NCBI GenBank assembly: GCA_050916045.1
Contig: CP051526.1
Coordinates: forward strand, 1,504,001-1,568,000
Reading direction: 5' to 3'
Length of the DNA: 64,000 nt
From: Tepidisphaera sp.
Lineage (GTDB): Bacteria > Planctomycetota > Phycisphaerae > Phycisphaerales > UBA1924
The position numbers were made by a program, and so were the translations under genes. Under the pieces are notes generated by a model that saw only the letters and a program-made list of their open reading frames with translations, made no database searches and was not told the DNA's origin. The first letter of the stretch is position 1. The number at the start of each line of letters is the position of its first letter. This document shows positions 20,479-32,184 of the stretch, piece by piece.

Positions 20479-23067
20479 ATGCACCGATCCCGACCCGTCC
20501 TTCACCTCATCCCGCTGCTGGCTTTGCTGCTGGCGATCACACTCGCCGCCGCGGCCAGGGCTCGCGGGGATGAGCCCAAGCCGCTCAAGGTCTTCATTCT
20601 CGCTGGCCAGTCCAACATGGAAGGCCAGGCCGTCCTCGACCTTGCGGGCAAGGACTACAACGACGGCAAGGGCACCCTCGCCACGCTCATGAAAGCTCCC
20701 GGCGGCGAACGCTTCAAGCATCTCAAGGAAGCGTCGGGAAAGTGGACGACCCGCGATGACGTCATGGTCCGCTATCAGCGGGAGGGCGAACCGCTCCTCG
20801 CCGGGCCGCTCGGCGTCGGGTTCACGCGGTACGGCGGGGACCACCATTTCGGCCCCGAGCTTCAGTTCGGCCACATTCTCGGCGACGCCCTCGAGAACGA
20901 GGTCCTCCTCATCAAGACCGCTTGGGGCGGAAAGAGCTTGTACGTCGACTTCCGTCCCCCTTCCTCCGGCGGCACCATCGGGCCGTACTACACGCTCATG
21001 ATCCAGCAGGTACGCGAAGCTCTCGCGAATCTCAGGAAGGATTTCCCCGGCCTCAAAACCGACAGATACGAGCTCGCGGGCTTCGTCTGGTACCACGGCT
21101 GGAACGACGGCTGCGACCCCGAGAAAGCCGTCCCGCAGTACGAAACCAACCTCGTCAACCTCATCAACGACGTCCGAAAGGAGTTCGAAGCTCCAACCCT
21201 CCCCGTCGTCGTCGGCGAGATCACAGGACCATGGGTCGACGCGCCCAAAGAGTGGAACCAGCTCCGCAAAGCCCAAGCCGCCGCTGCCAAACGCCCCGAG
21301 TTCGCCGGCAATGTCGCCTTCTCTCCCACACGCGATTTCGTCCGCAAAGCCGAGGACTCGCCCAACCCCGGCCACGGACACCACGAGTTCGGAAACGCCG
21401 AAACCTACTTCCTCGTCGGCGATGCACTCGGCAAGGGCATGCGCGATCTGCTCGGGCAATCCAAAGCCAAGCCCGCCGCGCATCCCATCCCGTCCCGCCC
21501 GCGAGCCGCCCTCAAGGATGGTGAGATGGCCGGGTACCTTCTCGTCTCCACCGAGCGCGTGCCGGACCAGTTCAACGCCGGCTTCTCGCTTTACGCCGCC
21601 GCGTGGCCGATCCTCAAACACTACCCGGGGCAACGTTTCCAAACCGGCCTCTTCGGGACTTGGATGCACCCGCAGTACGAGGGCAAGCCGCCCGAAGAGC
21701 TCTACACCGACATCGAGGGCGGCCTGGGCTGGTGGCGCGACACGCGCTTCGCCACCGAGACGCCCAAGTTCATCATGGGCGGCGTCGCGGTCAACTTCTC
21801 CGCATGGGCCAACGGCCCCGGCGCGGGCAAGGGTCGCGACTGGGACAACCCGTTGGGCAAGTACGCCGTTGCGCAACTCAGCCCTTGGATCGTCTGGCCG
21901 CCGGACGGCCTGAACCTCGCACAGGGCACGTGCGGGGAGCTCTTTGGCTACGGGTACCTTCCGCTGCCGTTCGCCGAAGCCAAGACCACGACCGCTGGAA
22001 AGCCGATCCCCACCGGCGACCAGTGCTGGACGCTTTTCCTGAACACCAAGACGTTCAAGGGTCCCGTGTGCTTCTTCACGCCTTACTTCTGGACCGAGCC
22101 TGCGGTCGCCGATCCCAAGTACGCCGGCTTGCTGCTCGACTCGCGACCCTCCGATCCAAACAAAGCGTTTCAGATGGAGACGCAGTACGTCCCCGCCAAA
22201 CTCGCCGAGGACGCCAAGGGCCGAGCTTTCGCCCGCGTCGCGCCGATGGCTTTCCCCGTCGGCGATGACGGCCGCACCGTCGTGCTCCACCGTCTCACGA
22301 GTTACAGCAAAGCCGCGCTCTGGGACGGCGTGAAAGCTTGGTTCGACGGCGGCGAGCCTGCCACCGGCGCGATCAATCCCGCCGCCCAGCACGTCCAGCA
22401 CTTCCGCCCCGAGGGCGGCTCGACGTGGCAGATCTACGCCGACGGCACCGACAACGAGAACAAGCAGGGCATGGCTTGGAAGTCTCTCGCGACGCCCATC
22501 GCCCCAGACCCCACGACCTACGGCTACCAGTGGGACCAGCAGGCGATGACGCAGGGCGCGACCCCGGGCGGAAAGGTCGTCTGGTTCCCCGAGTTCTACA
22601 AGCTCGACCGCGAAGGAAAGAAGCCGCGCTGGATCGCCGCCAAGCCCGACGAGGTCCCCGCCGAGACCGGCCTCAAGGACATCCGCTTTGAGCGGCCCGT
22701 CGAAGACGCCCAGCCGCCGTACGAAACGCCCGATGCTCCGCAAAGCTCATGGAAAGCCCCCGGCCCGGCCGCCGGCCCCTTCCAAGCGTTCCCCGGCGAC
22801 GGCAGCGTCGTCACCTACTACTGGTACCGCTTCGCCGACCAGCCCGCGCTCCTCAACGCCGACCTCACCAAGGAAGAACGCGAAGCCCTTCAACTCAAGG
22901 TCGAGAAACTCCACCGCTCGTGGACCAAGGACCGCGAGTACCTCCCCCCGCCGACGATCGGCAAGCTCGCCGAACTCGACCCGGCCCTGATCGTGACCCC
23001 GCCCAAGGGTCTCGAAATCGGCTACGTGCCCATCGCCACCCGCCAGGAACTCGCGAAGAAGCGGTAA
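20479..23067 (+). CDS. Secreted SGNH/SASA (sialate O-acetylesterase-like) protein fused to a large unknown C-terminal domain
   Basis: Signal peptide; FILAGQSNM, FGPELQFG, IKTAWGGKSL, WYHGWND; about 500-aa C-terminal domain unrecognised. Confidence 0.8.
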   Translation: MHRSRPVLHLIPLLALLLAITLAAAARARGDEPKPLKVFILAGQSNMEGQAVLDLAGKDYNDGKGTLATLMKAPGGERFKHLKEASGKWTTRDDVMVRYQREGEPLLAGPLGVGFTRYGGDHHFGPELQFGHILGDALENEVLLIKTAWGGKSLYVDFRPPSSGGTIGPYYTLMIQQVREALANLRKDFPGLKTDRYELAGFVWYHGWNDGCDPEKAVPQYETNLVNLINDVRKEFEAPTLPVVVGEITGPWVDAPKEWNQLRKAQAAAAKRPEFAGNVAFSPTRDFVRKAEDSPNPGHGHHEFGNAETYFLVGDALGKGMRDLLGQSKAKPAAHPIPSRPRAALKDGEMAGYLLVSTERVPDQFNAGFSLYAAAWPILKHYPGQRFQTGLFGTWMHPQYEGKPPEELYTDIEGGLGWWRDTRFATETPKFIMGGVAVNFSAWANGPGAGKGRDWDNPLGKYAVAQLSPWIVWPPDGLNLAQGTCGELFGYGYLPLPFAEAKTTTAGKPIPTGDQCWTLFLNTKTFKGPVCFFTPYFWTEPAVADPKYAGLLLDSRPSDPNKAFQMETQYVPAKLAEDAKGRAFARVAPMAFPVGDDGRTVVLHRLTSYSKAALWDGVKAWFDGGEPATGAINPAAQHVQHFRPEGGSTWQIYADGTDNENKQGMAWKSLATPIAPDPTTYGYQWDQQAMTQGATPGGKVVWFPEFYKLDREGKKPRWIAAKPDEVPAETGLKDIRFERPVEDAQPPYETPDAPQSSWKAPGPAAGPFQAFPGDGSVVTYYWYRFADQPALLNADLTKEEREALQLKVEKLHRSWTKDREYLPPPTIGKLAELDPALIVTPPKGLEIGYVPIATRQELAKKR

Positions 23068-23096
23068 CGTGCGACCGGCCCGCGTCACCAACGAAA

Positions 23097-23133
23097 GAGC
23101 CCTTCGACGATCGAGTCGAAGGGCTTTCTTTTT
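23097..23133. terminator. Intrinsic terminator-like hairpin (possibly bidirectional)
   Basis: AGCCCTTCGAC-GATCGA-GTCGAAGGGCT stem followed by TTCTTTTT. Confidence 0.7.
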
Positions 23134-23137
23134 GGAG

Positions 23138-23149
23138 TCGGGGTGGCGG
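23138..23149. repeat. Duplicated tRNA-Pro 3' end (putative att core, distal copy)
   Basis: TCGGGGTGGCGG, identical to 33026-33037. Confidence 0.7.
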
Positions 23150-23330
23150 TTCACGAATGTCACTGTTCTTGGTGGGCGTTAGGGTGCGGGCGCCGGGAAC
23201 TCCGCCGGTGTGCAATAGCTGACCGCGTGCGTCGTTCATCGCACTGAATCGTCCGATGGCCGCTGGTCAGCTCTTGAACCGAAGGCGAATCGGCTTCGGA
23301 CAGGCTGTGCTCACAGAAGGAACTCTCCAA

Positions 23331-23855
23331 GTGATCGACGACGCACCAGTGATGACCATCCAAGCTCCAGAAGCGAGGACGGGCCGCCGCGTCGGGATCG
23401 CACTGAAGGACGGTGCATATCGAGTCATCGCCACCGAGTCAATCGACACCGGCGCGGTGATTCTGGAGGTCCACGGGGTCTTTGTTGACCGCCCATCGAA
23501 GTACTCGGTCCAGATTGAAGAGAACCTTCACGTCGAACTTCCGGGTGTCGAGGGCTTGACTCACGAGCCGGATAGGCACCCGTGGCGGTACCTGAATCAC
23601 TCCTGCAAGCCCAATGCGGCCCTCGTGGGACTCAAGGTTGTCGCCCTCAGGCCGATACGCCAGTGGGACGAGGTCACCTTCGACTACAACACCACCGAGT
23701 TTGAGATGTCGGAGCCATTCGCGTGCCAATGCGGGCACTGCGGCTCATCCATGATCCGGGGCTTCAAGTATCTTCGGGCCGAAGAGCAGAACAGGCTCTA
23801 CCCTCGGCTTGCCGGCCACTTGCGTCGCAAGCTGCCTGCGCCTGGGACGCCGTGA
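23331..23855 (+). CDS. SET-domain (lysine N-methyltransferase-like) protein with Cys-rich post-SET region
   Basis: RYLNHSCKPN, ALRPI...EVTFDY, FACQCGHC; GTG start after AGAAGGA (the ORF could also start at 23256 or 23352). Confidence 0.88.
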   Translation: MIDDAPVMTIQAPEARTGRRVGIALKDGAYRVIATESIDTGAVILEVHGVFVDRPSKYSVQIEENLHVELPGVEGLTHEPDRHPWRYLNHSCKPNAALVGLKVVALRPIRQWDEVTFDYNTTEFEMSEPFACQCGHCGSSMIRGFKYLRAEEQNRLYPRLAGHLRRKLPAPGTP

Positions 23856-23858
23856 CCA

Positions 23859-26800
23859 ATGTCCGAAGCACGCACGCCGCACTTGCTGCACTTCTTCTTC
23901 GACAAGACGGCTCGAGAGCACCCAGCTCAGATCGCGGTTGATGTGCCTCCAGGGCCGGGCAGGCCCGAGCGGGTCTTGTTGACCTATGCGGACATGCTCG
24001 CCCGGGCCGACGCTCTGGCCGCCGTGCTGACGTCGTTTGCCTGGCCCGACTCGGTGGTCGGCATCCTGCTCCCTCGCAACTCGCCATGGCTTTACATCGC
24101 TCAGTTGGCGGTGCTCAAAGCCGGCGGCGCGTTCACATGCCTCGACCCGGCCTTCCCGGATTCGCATGTCGAAGCCGTCCTGAAGGATGGCGATGTGTCG
24201 GTCCTCCTAACCGACCGCGGCGGGATTGGACGAATCAATGCCGCTGGAGTGCGCGTTCACAATCTCATTGATGTGACCGCCCCGCGCGCCGCTCGCGTGG
24301 AACCGGCGTCTCCGCGAGCTCTGGCTCCACCCAAGCCTGAAAATCTCGCGTATGTCATCTATACCTCCGGTACGACGGGTGCGCCCAAAGGGGTGATGAT
24401 CGAGCATCGATCGATCGTCAATCTGGTCGTGTCGGATATCGAGGAGTTCGGACTGACTCCCGGTGACCGAGTCGGTCAGGGTTCTTCTGCCGCGTACGAC
24501 TCCTCGATCGAAGAGACCTGGCTTGCATTTGCAGTCGGCGCGACCCTCGTCGTCATGGACGATCACACAAGCCGGATGGGTCCGGACCTGATCTCTTGGC
24601 TGCGGCGAGAGCGCATCAGCGTCTTCTGCCCGCCCCCGACACTGCTTCGTACGACCGGGTGTGACGACCCTGAGAGCGCCCTGCCCGACCTCAAGCTGCT
24701 GTATGTCGGCGGTGAAGCTCTCACGGAGGATCTGGCGGAACGGTGGGGGCGTGGACGACGTCTTGTCAACGGATACGGACCGACAGAGTGCACCGTCACG
24801 GTCGTGCGCGGGGACGTCGTGTCAGGCCGACCGGTGACAATCGGACGGCCCGTCGCGGGTCACTCGGCGTGGGTGCTTGATTCGCAACTGAACCCTGTCG
24901 CCGATGGCGAGGACGGCGAGCTTTGTCTTTCGGGTGTTGGCCTTGCGAGGGGATATCGCAACCGTGAGGAAGTCACTCGGGAGAAGTTCCCGGTTCACCC
25001 CAGCCTCGGACGCTTGTACCGCACCGGAGACCTCGTCCGGCGGGAGCCCGACGGCGAACTGGTGTATCTCGGCCGTATCGATGCGCAGGTCAAGCTCCGA
25101 GGGTACAGGGTCGAGCTGGAAGCAATCGAAGCCTGTCTGGCCCAGTGTCCCGGAGTACGGGAAGCGGCGTGCCGAGTGCAGGGCGATGGAAGCAGCGCGG
25201 TGCTCGTCGCTCACATCGTCGCGACCGACGCGGACGCACCCTTCGACTCTGCAACGATCAAAGAGACGCTTCGAGGAAAGCTGCCGCCCTACATGGTGCC
25301 GGCTCGCTTCGGGTTGCTCGAATCCCTGCCCCGGAGCATCGGGGGCAAGATTGACCGCAAGCGGCTCCCGGAACTCGAGCCCGACCTGCAGGACCTGACG
25401 CGCGAAGTCGTCACGCCGTCAAACGAGCTTGAAGCGACCATCGTCGGTGCGTTCGCATCCGCTCTCCGCATCAGCACACCCATCTCCGTGCAGGACGACT
25501 TCTTTCTCGCCCTCGGAGGCGACTCGCTCTCGGCTGTCGAGGTCATCTGCACGTTGCGGAAGAACGCACAGACGGCTTCGGTCACGACTCGCGATCTCTA
25601 CGAGACCCGAACCGCAGCCGCTCTCGCGGGGATCCTCGGTGCAAAGCGGATCAAGCGGCCGCTGCTGCAACCGCAGCGTCAAGCCGTGGACGCCGGTCCC
25701 GCACGCCACGTCCTGACAACCGCAGCACAGGGGCTGTGGATTCTCCTGCAGCTCATCGCGGTCGGTGCGGTGGGGTACGCGGCCGTCTTTGATCTGCTCC
25801 CGCTGCTGCTCGAGCGATTCGGACTGCTCGGCACGATCCTGATCGAGATCCCCCTCGTGCTCGCCTCGATGGTCGCTTACGCAGCCTCGGCCATCTTTGT
25901 GACCGTTGTTCTGAAGCTGGCTTTGATCGGCGAGTACCGTCTGATCAGAACGCCCGTCTGGAGCAGTTACTACCTGCGGCACTGGATCGTTCAAAGTGCC
26001 GCCCGCACCATCCCCTGGGACTGGCTCGCCGGTACGACCGCATCTGGAGCGGTCCTTCGGCTGCTAGGTGCAAAGGTCGGCCGCCGCGTGCATGTTCACA
26101 GAGGCGTCAACCTCCAGCAGGGCGGTTGGGATCTTCTCACGCTCGGTGACGACGTCACGCTCGGCCACGATGCTCATGTGGGGCTGGTCTCACTCGAAAG
26201 CGGATGCCTCTGTATCGGCCCCGTACACATCCATGACCGTGCCACGCTGGACACTCGAGCGAGCGTGAGCGGTCACACCACGATCGAGACCGGTGGCTAT
26301 CTGACCGCACTCTCCTGGCTTCCTGAGGGTGAACGCATCCCGGCCGGTGAGCGTTGGGACGGAGTGCCAGCCGCACCTGACGGCCACGCACCAACCGCGC
26401 CGAAGAGCGATGCGGGCGGACGGATTCACCCGCACCTGTACACGCTGCTCCATCTGCTGATAACCGGCTTGGTGCGGTCAGCGACGCCAATACCGTTCCT
26501 CGTTGCGCTTTACGCCCTCTCGCAAGTGTTGGGTGTCTCTGCGGAACAGGTGCAGTCCTGGCTTTCCGACCCTTCGTGGTCCGCAGAGTCGACGGTGGTC
26601 CTGGCCGCGGTGTCAGTCCTCTCGGTGCCGATCGGGTTGGTGATCAGAGCGATTGGCATCCGGTGCCTGGGCCGTGTCCGGCCATCCATCATTCACCGCT
26701 GGAGCCTCGCGTACCTTCGCGTGTGGCACAAGACCGCTGTCGTCGAGTCCGCCGGCATGTGGTTGACGGGCACGCTGTTCTGGCCGCAGTGGTTGCGCCT

Positions 26801-28979
26801 CGCAGGCATGAAGATCGGCCGCGGGTGCGAGATCAGCACGATCTCCGATGTCGTTCCCGAGAACATCCGAATCGGCTCGAACAGTTTCTTCGCCGATGGA
26901 ATCTACCTTGGCGGTCCGAGAGTCCACCAGGGAACGGTGACCATCAGTGACACGTCGCTCGGACGAGGCACTTTCCTGGGCAACCACGTCATTATTCCCG
27001 CTGGTGCCACCCTCCCCGACGATCTGTTCATCGGCGTCTGCACCGTGGCCGATGCGGCGCGAGCACGCAAGGGCAGTTCCTGGTTCGGACACCCTTCGCT
27101 TGAACTGCCCAGACGCGACGTCGTCAAAGTTGATCCGAGTCTGACGCACAATCCCGGTATGGTGCGGTACTGCAATCGGCTCTTCTGGGAGTCGCTTCGA
27201 TTCACCTTGCCGATCTTGCCCCTCGCCGTGGTTTGCCTTTGGATGTGGGCGGTGACAAGTACCAAAGCGGAAGGGGCCTTGCTTGTCCTGGTGGTCGCGC
27301 CGGCCCTGACGCTGGCCGCGATCATCGCCGAGTGCTTTGCGGTCGTTGCTCTCAAGTGGCTGCTCCTGGGTCGCACCCGCGCAGGCCAGCACCCCCTCTG
27401 GTCATGCTGGTGTAGCCGGTGGGACTTCCTGTACGTCGCGTGGCAGTTCTACGCGCTCCGCCCTTTGGCCGCCGTGGAGGGAACGCTCTTTCTCGCGATG
27501 TATCTGAGGGCTATGGGTGTTCGCGTCGGTCGGCGCGTCGTCCTCGGGCCGGGCATGGCGCAAGTCGCCGACCCCGACATGATCATCATTGAAGACGACG
27601 CGACCGTCAACGCCAACTACCAAGCCCATAGCTTCGAAGATCGCATGCTCAAGACTGCTCCGGTCGTCGTCCGACGCGGCGCGACGATTGGCGAGTCCGC
27701 GGTCGTCTTCTATGGGGCCGACGTCGGCGAGAACGCGTGGGTGACGCCGAACAGCGTCGTCATGAAGAACGAGCGGCCTGCACCGGGGCTGTCCTATAGC
27801 GGCTGCCCGGTCCAGTCGCTCGACAGCGGTGAGACTGATCGTAAAGCCCCGGAGCCAGCACCTTCGGTTGCAGAGCTCGCAGCTCCAACCGCTCCCGCGG
27901 ATCGTCAACCCTTCCTCGATGTCGCCCGAGGCGTCGCCGTCTTGGGGATGATCTACATGCACTTTGTCCCCGCCGAGAAGACGGAAGCGACGCTCGCCAG
28001 TGTTTGGACGGCGATCTCTGCATTTCTGGAAGGCAAGGCCGCAGCGCTGTTCTGTGTGCTTGCTGGTATCGCGTGGGAGATTCACGCCCAGCGTGCCGCC
28101 CAGTCCCCACACGGCCGATGGTACCTTCCCCGTCGGGTTCTCTCCTTGCTGCTTCTCGGCGTCGCTTTCCACATTCTGGCCTGGCCCACCGAGATATTGG
28201 TGCCGTTCTCGCTCATGATGGTGCTCGCGCTCGGGCTGCGTCGACTGGGCAGACAGACGATGCTTGCCGCCGCGGTGCTGCTTCTTCTGCTCGCTCCGGC
28301 GGTGCCGGCTTTCTTCGGGCACTACATCGAGTCCGACTGGGCAGAGGACGGCAGCCACTTGGCCGATGGCTCGCTCGGATGGGTCACGGTGCGAGCCTTG
28401 CTGTTCGATGGGAGTTACCCCATCTTGCCCTGGCTCGCGTTCCCGCTCATCGGGATGCTGATGGTGCCGTGCTGGAAATGCCCGCCATCGAACAAACGGT
28501 GGTTCGGGTCCGCGGTCGGCGTGTACCTGGCTTGCCAGGCCTTTGTCTACTGGGTTGATTCGAACGCGGAAGCCATGAACGGCCTTGAGGCTTATCTCGG
28601 AAGCACCTGGGTGCCGACATCCGCGATGTTTGTCTTGATCACCGGAAGCTCCGCCATCGCCATCATCTCTGGCCTGGCGTGGTTGCGGGGTGCGGGCGGG
28701 GGGGGCGTGGGGGGCGTGGGGGGAAGTGGGGAGAGGGCCTCAATCCAGTCGCTCGTGGCACTGCTCGGACGCGCGTCACTGACACACTACCTTCTGCACA
28801 TCTGCATCGTCTATCTCCCGCTGCGCACGCTTCTCGGCCATGAGGACTGGTCTGCGCAGGTCGGGGTCTGGGCATTTGGCGGATACGTCACCCTCGCTGT
28901 CCCGCTTACGGCACTGTGGTTCCGACGATTCAAGCGGGGGCCCGTTGAATCCCTCTGGGCATTCGCGTCCGGCTCTTGA
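23859..28979 (+). CDS. Pls/PosA-family single-module NRPS-like synthetase (A-T-three C-like/TM repeats) fused to a C-terminal DUF418/HGSNAT-like membrane domain
   Basis: A domain: YVIYTSGTTGAPKG, NGYGPTE, YRTGDL, QVKLRGYRVEL, GKIDRK. T domain: DDFFLALGGDSL. Three repeats: LRLLGAKVG, LRLAGMKIG, LRAMGVRVG, separated by TM helices. From about aa 1348: FLDVARGVAVLGM...YPILPW...LGRASLTHYLLH...RGPVE. Confidence 0.9.
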   Translation: MSEARTPHLLHFFFDKTAREHPAQIAVDVPPGPGRPERVLLTYADMLARADALAAVLTSFAWPDSVVGILLPRNSPWLYIAQLAVLKAGGAFTCLDPAFPDSHVEAVLKDGDVSVLLTDRGGIGRINAAGVRVHNLIDVTAPRAARVEPASPRALAPPKPENLAYVIYTSGTTGAPKGVMIEHRSIVNLVVSDIEEFGLTPGDRVGQGSSAAYDSSIEETWLAFAVGATLVVMDDHTSRMGPDLISWLRRERISVFCPPPTLLRTTGCDDPESALPDLKLLYVGGEALTEDLAERWGRGRRLVNGYGPTECTVTVVRGDVVSGRPVTIGRPVAGHSAWVLDSQLNPVADGEDGELCLSGVGLARGYRNREEVTREKFPVHPSLGRLYRTGDLVRREPDGELVYLGRIDAQVKLRGYRVELEAIEACLAQCPGVREAACRVQGDGSSAVLVAHIVATDADAPFDSATIKETLRGKLPPYMVPARFGLLESLPRSIGGKIDRKRLPELEPDLQDLTREVVTPSNELEATIVGAFASALRISTPISVQDDFFLALGGDSLSAVEVICTLRKNAQTASVTTRDLYETRTAAALAGILGAKRIKRPLLQPQRQAVDAGPARHVLTTAAQGLWILLQLIAVGAVGYAAVFDLLPLLLERFGLLGTILIEIPLVLASMVAYAASAIFVTVVLKLALIGEYRLIRTPVWSSYYLRHWIVQSAARTIPWDWLAGTTASGAVLRLLGAKVGRRVHVHRGVNLQQGGWDLLTLGDDVTLGHDAHVGLVSLESGCLCIGPVHIHDRATLDTRASVSGHTTIETGGYLTALSWLPEGERIPAGERWDGVPAAPDGHAPTAPKSDAGGRIHPHLYTLLHLLITGLVRSATPIPFLVALYALSQVLGVSAEQVQSWLSDPSWSAESTVVLAAVSVLSVPIGLVIRAIGIRCLGRVRPSIIHRWSLAYLRVWHKTAVVESAGMWLTGTLFWPQWLRLAGMKIGRGCEISTISDVVPENIRIGSNSFFADGIYLGGPRVHQGTVTISDTSLGRGTFLGNHVIIPAGATLPDDLFIGVCTVADAARARKGSSWFGHPSLELPRRDVVKVDPSLTHNPGMVRYCNRLFWESLRFTLPILPLAVVCLWMWAVTSTKAEGALLVLVVAPALTLAAIIAECFAVVALKWLLLGRTRAGQHPLWSCWCSRWDFLYVAWQFYALRPLAAVEGTLFLAMYLRAMGVRVGRRVVLGPGMAQVADPDMIIIEDDATVNANYQAHSFEDRMLKTAPVVVRRGATIGESAVVFYGADVGENAWVTPNSVVMKNERPAPGLSYSGCPVQSLDSGETDRKAPEPAPSVAELAAPTAPADRQPFLDVARGVAVLGMIYMHFVPAEKTEATLASVWTAISAFLEGKAAALFCVLAGIAWEIHAQRAAQSPHGRWYLPRRVLSLLLLGVAFHILAWPTEILVPFSLMMVLALGLRRLGRQTMLAAAVLLLLLAPAVPAFFGHYIESDWAEDGSHLADGSLGWVTVRALLFDGSYPILPWLAFPLIGMLMVPCWKCPPSNKRWFGSAVGVYLACQAFVYWVDSNAEAMNGLEAYLGSTWVPTSAMFVLITGSSAIAIISGLAWLRGAGGGGVGGVGGSGERASIQSLVALLGRASLTHYLLHICIVYLPLRTLLGHEDWSAQVGVWAFGGYVTLAVPLTALWFRRFKRGPVESLWAFASGS

Positions 28980-29012
28980 GACAGTGGCACGCACCGCCGC
29001 AGAGGTTCCGGT

Positions 29013-29144
29013 GGCACGCCCGACGGAGCTTTCGTGGACGACGTCAGATCATGCACGAGAGTCCCGGAGACGGACGGCCCATGTGACCATTCGGTGAACG
29101 ACAGACTCGAAGACCGTCAGGGACGGATCTGGTTCGCGACCCAT
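29013..29144 (+). pseudogene. Remnant of a two-component-regulator beta-propeller (Reg_prop-type repeat) gene
   Basis: Translates GTPDGAFVDDVRSCTRVPETDGPCDHSVNDRLEDRQGRIWFATH, matching the 'DGL..NSV..ILED..G.IWF.T' blade; no full gene around it. Confidence 0.6.
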
Positions 29145-29151
29145 CCGAGTA

Positions 29152-32172
<3,021 letters not shown>

Positions 32173-32184
32173 GTTGTCGTTCCT

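Noticed and set aside
23160..23330. Promoter or riboswitch upstream of the SET gene
   Set aside because: No convincing -35/-10 pair or recognisable riboswitch consensus by eye; an Infernal/Rfam scan would be needed.
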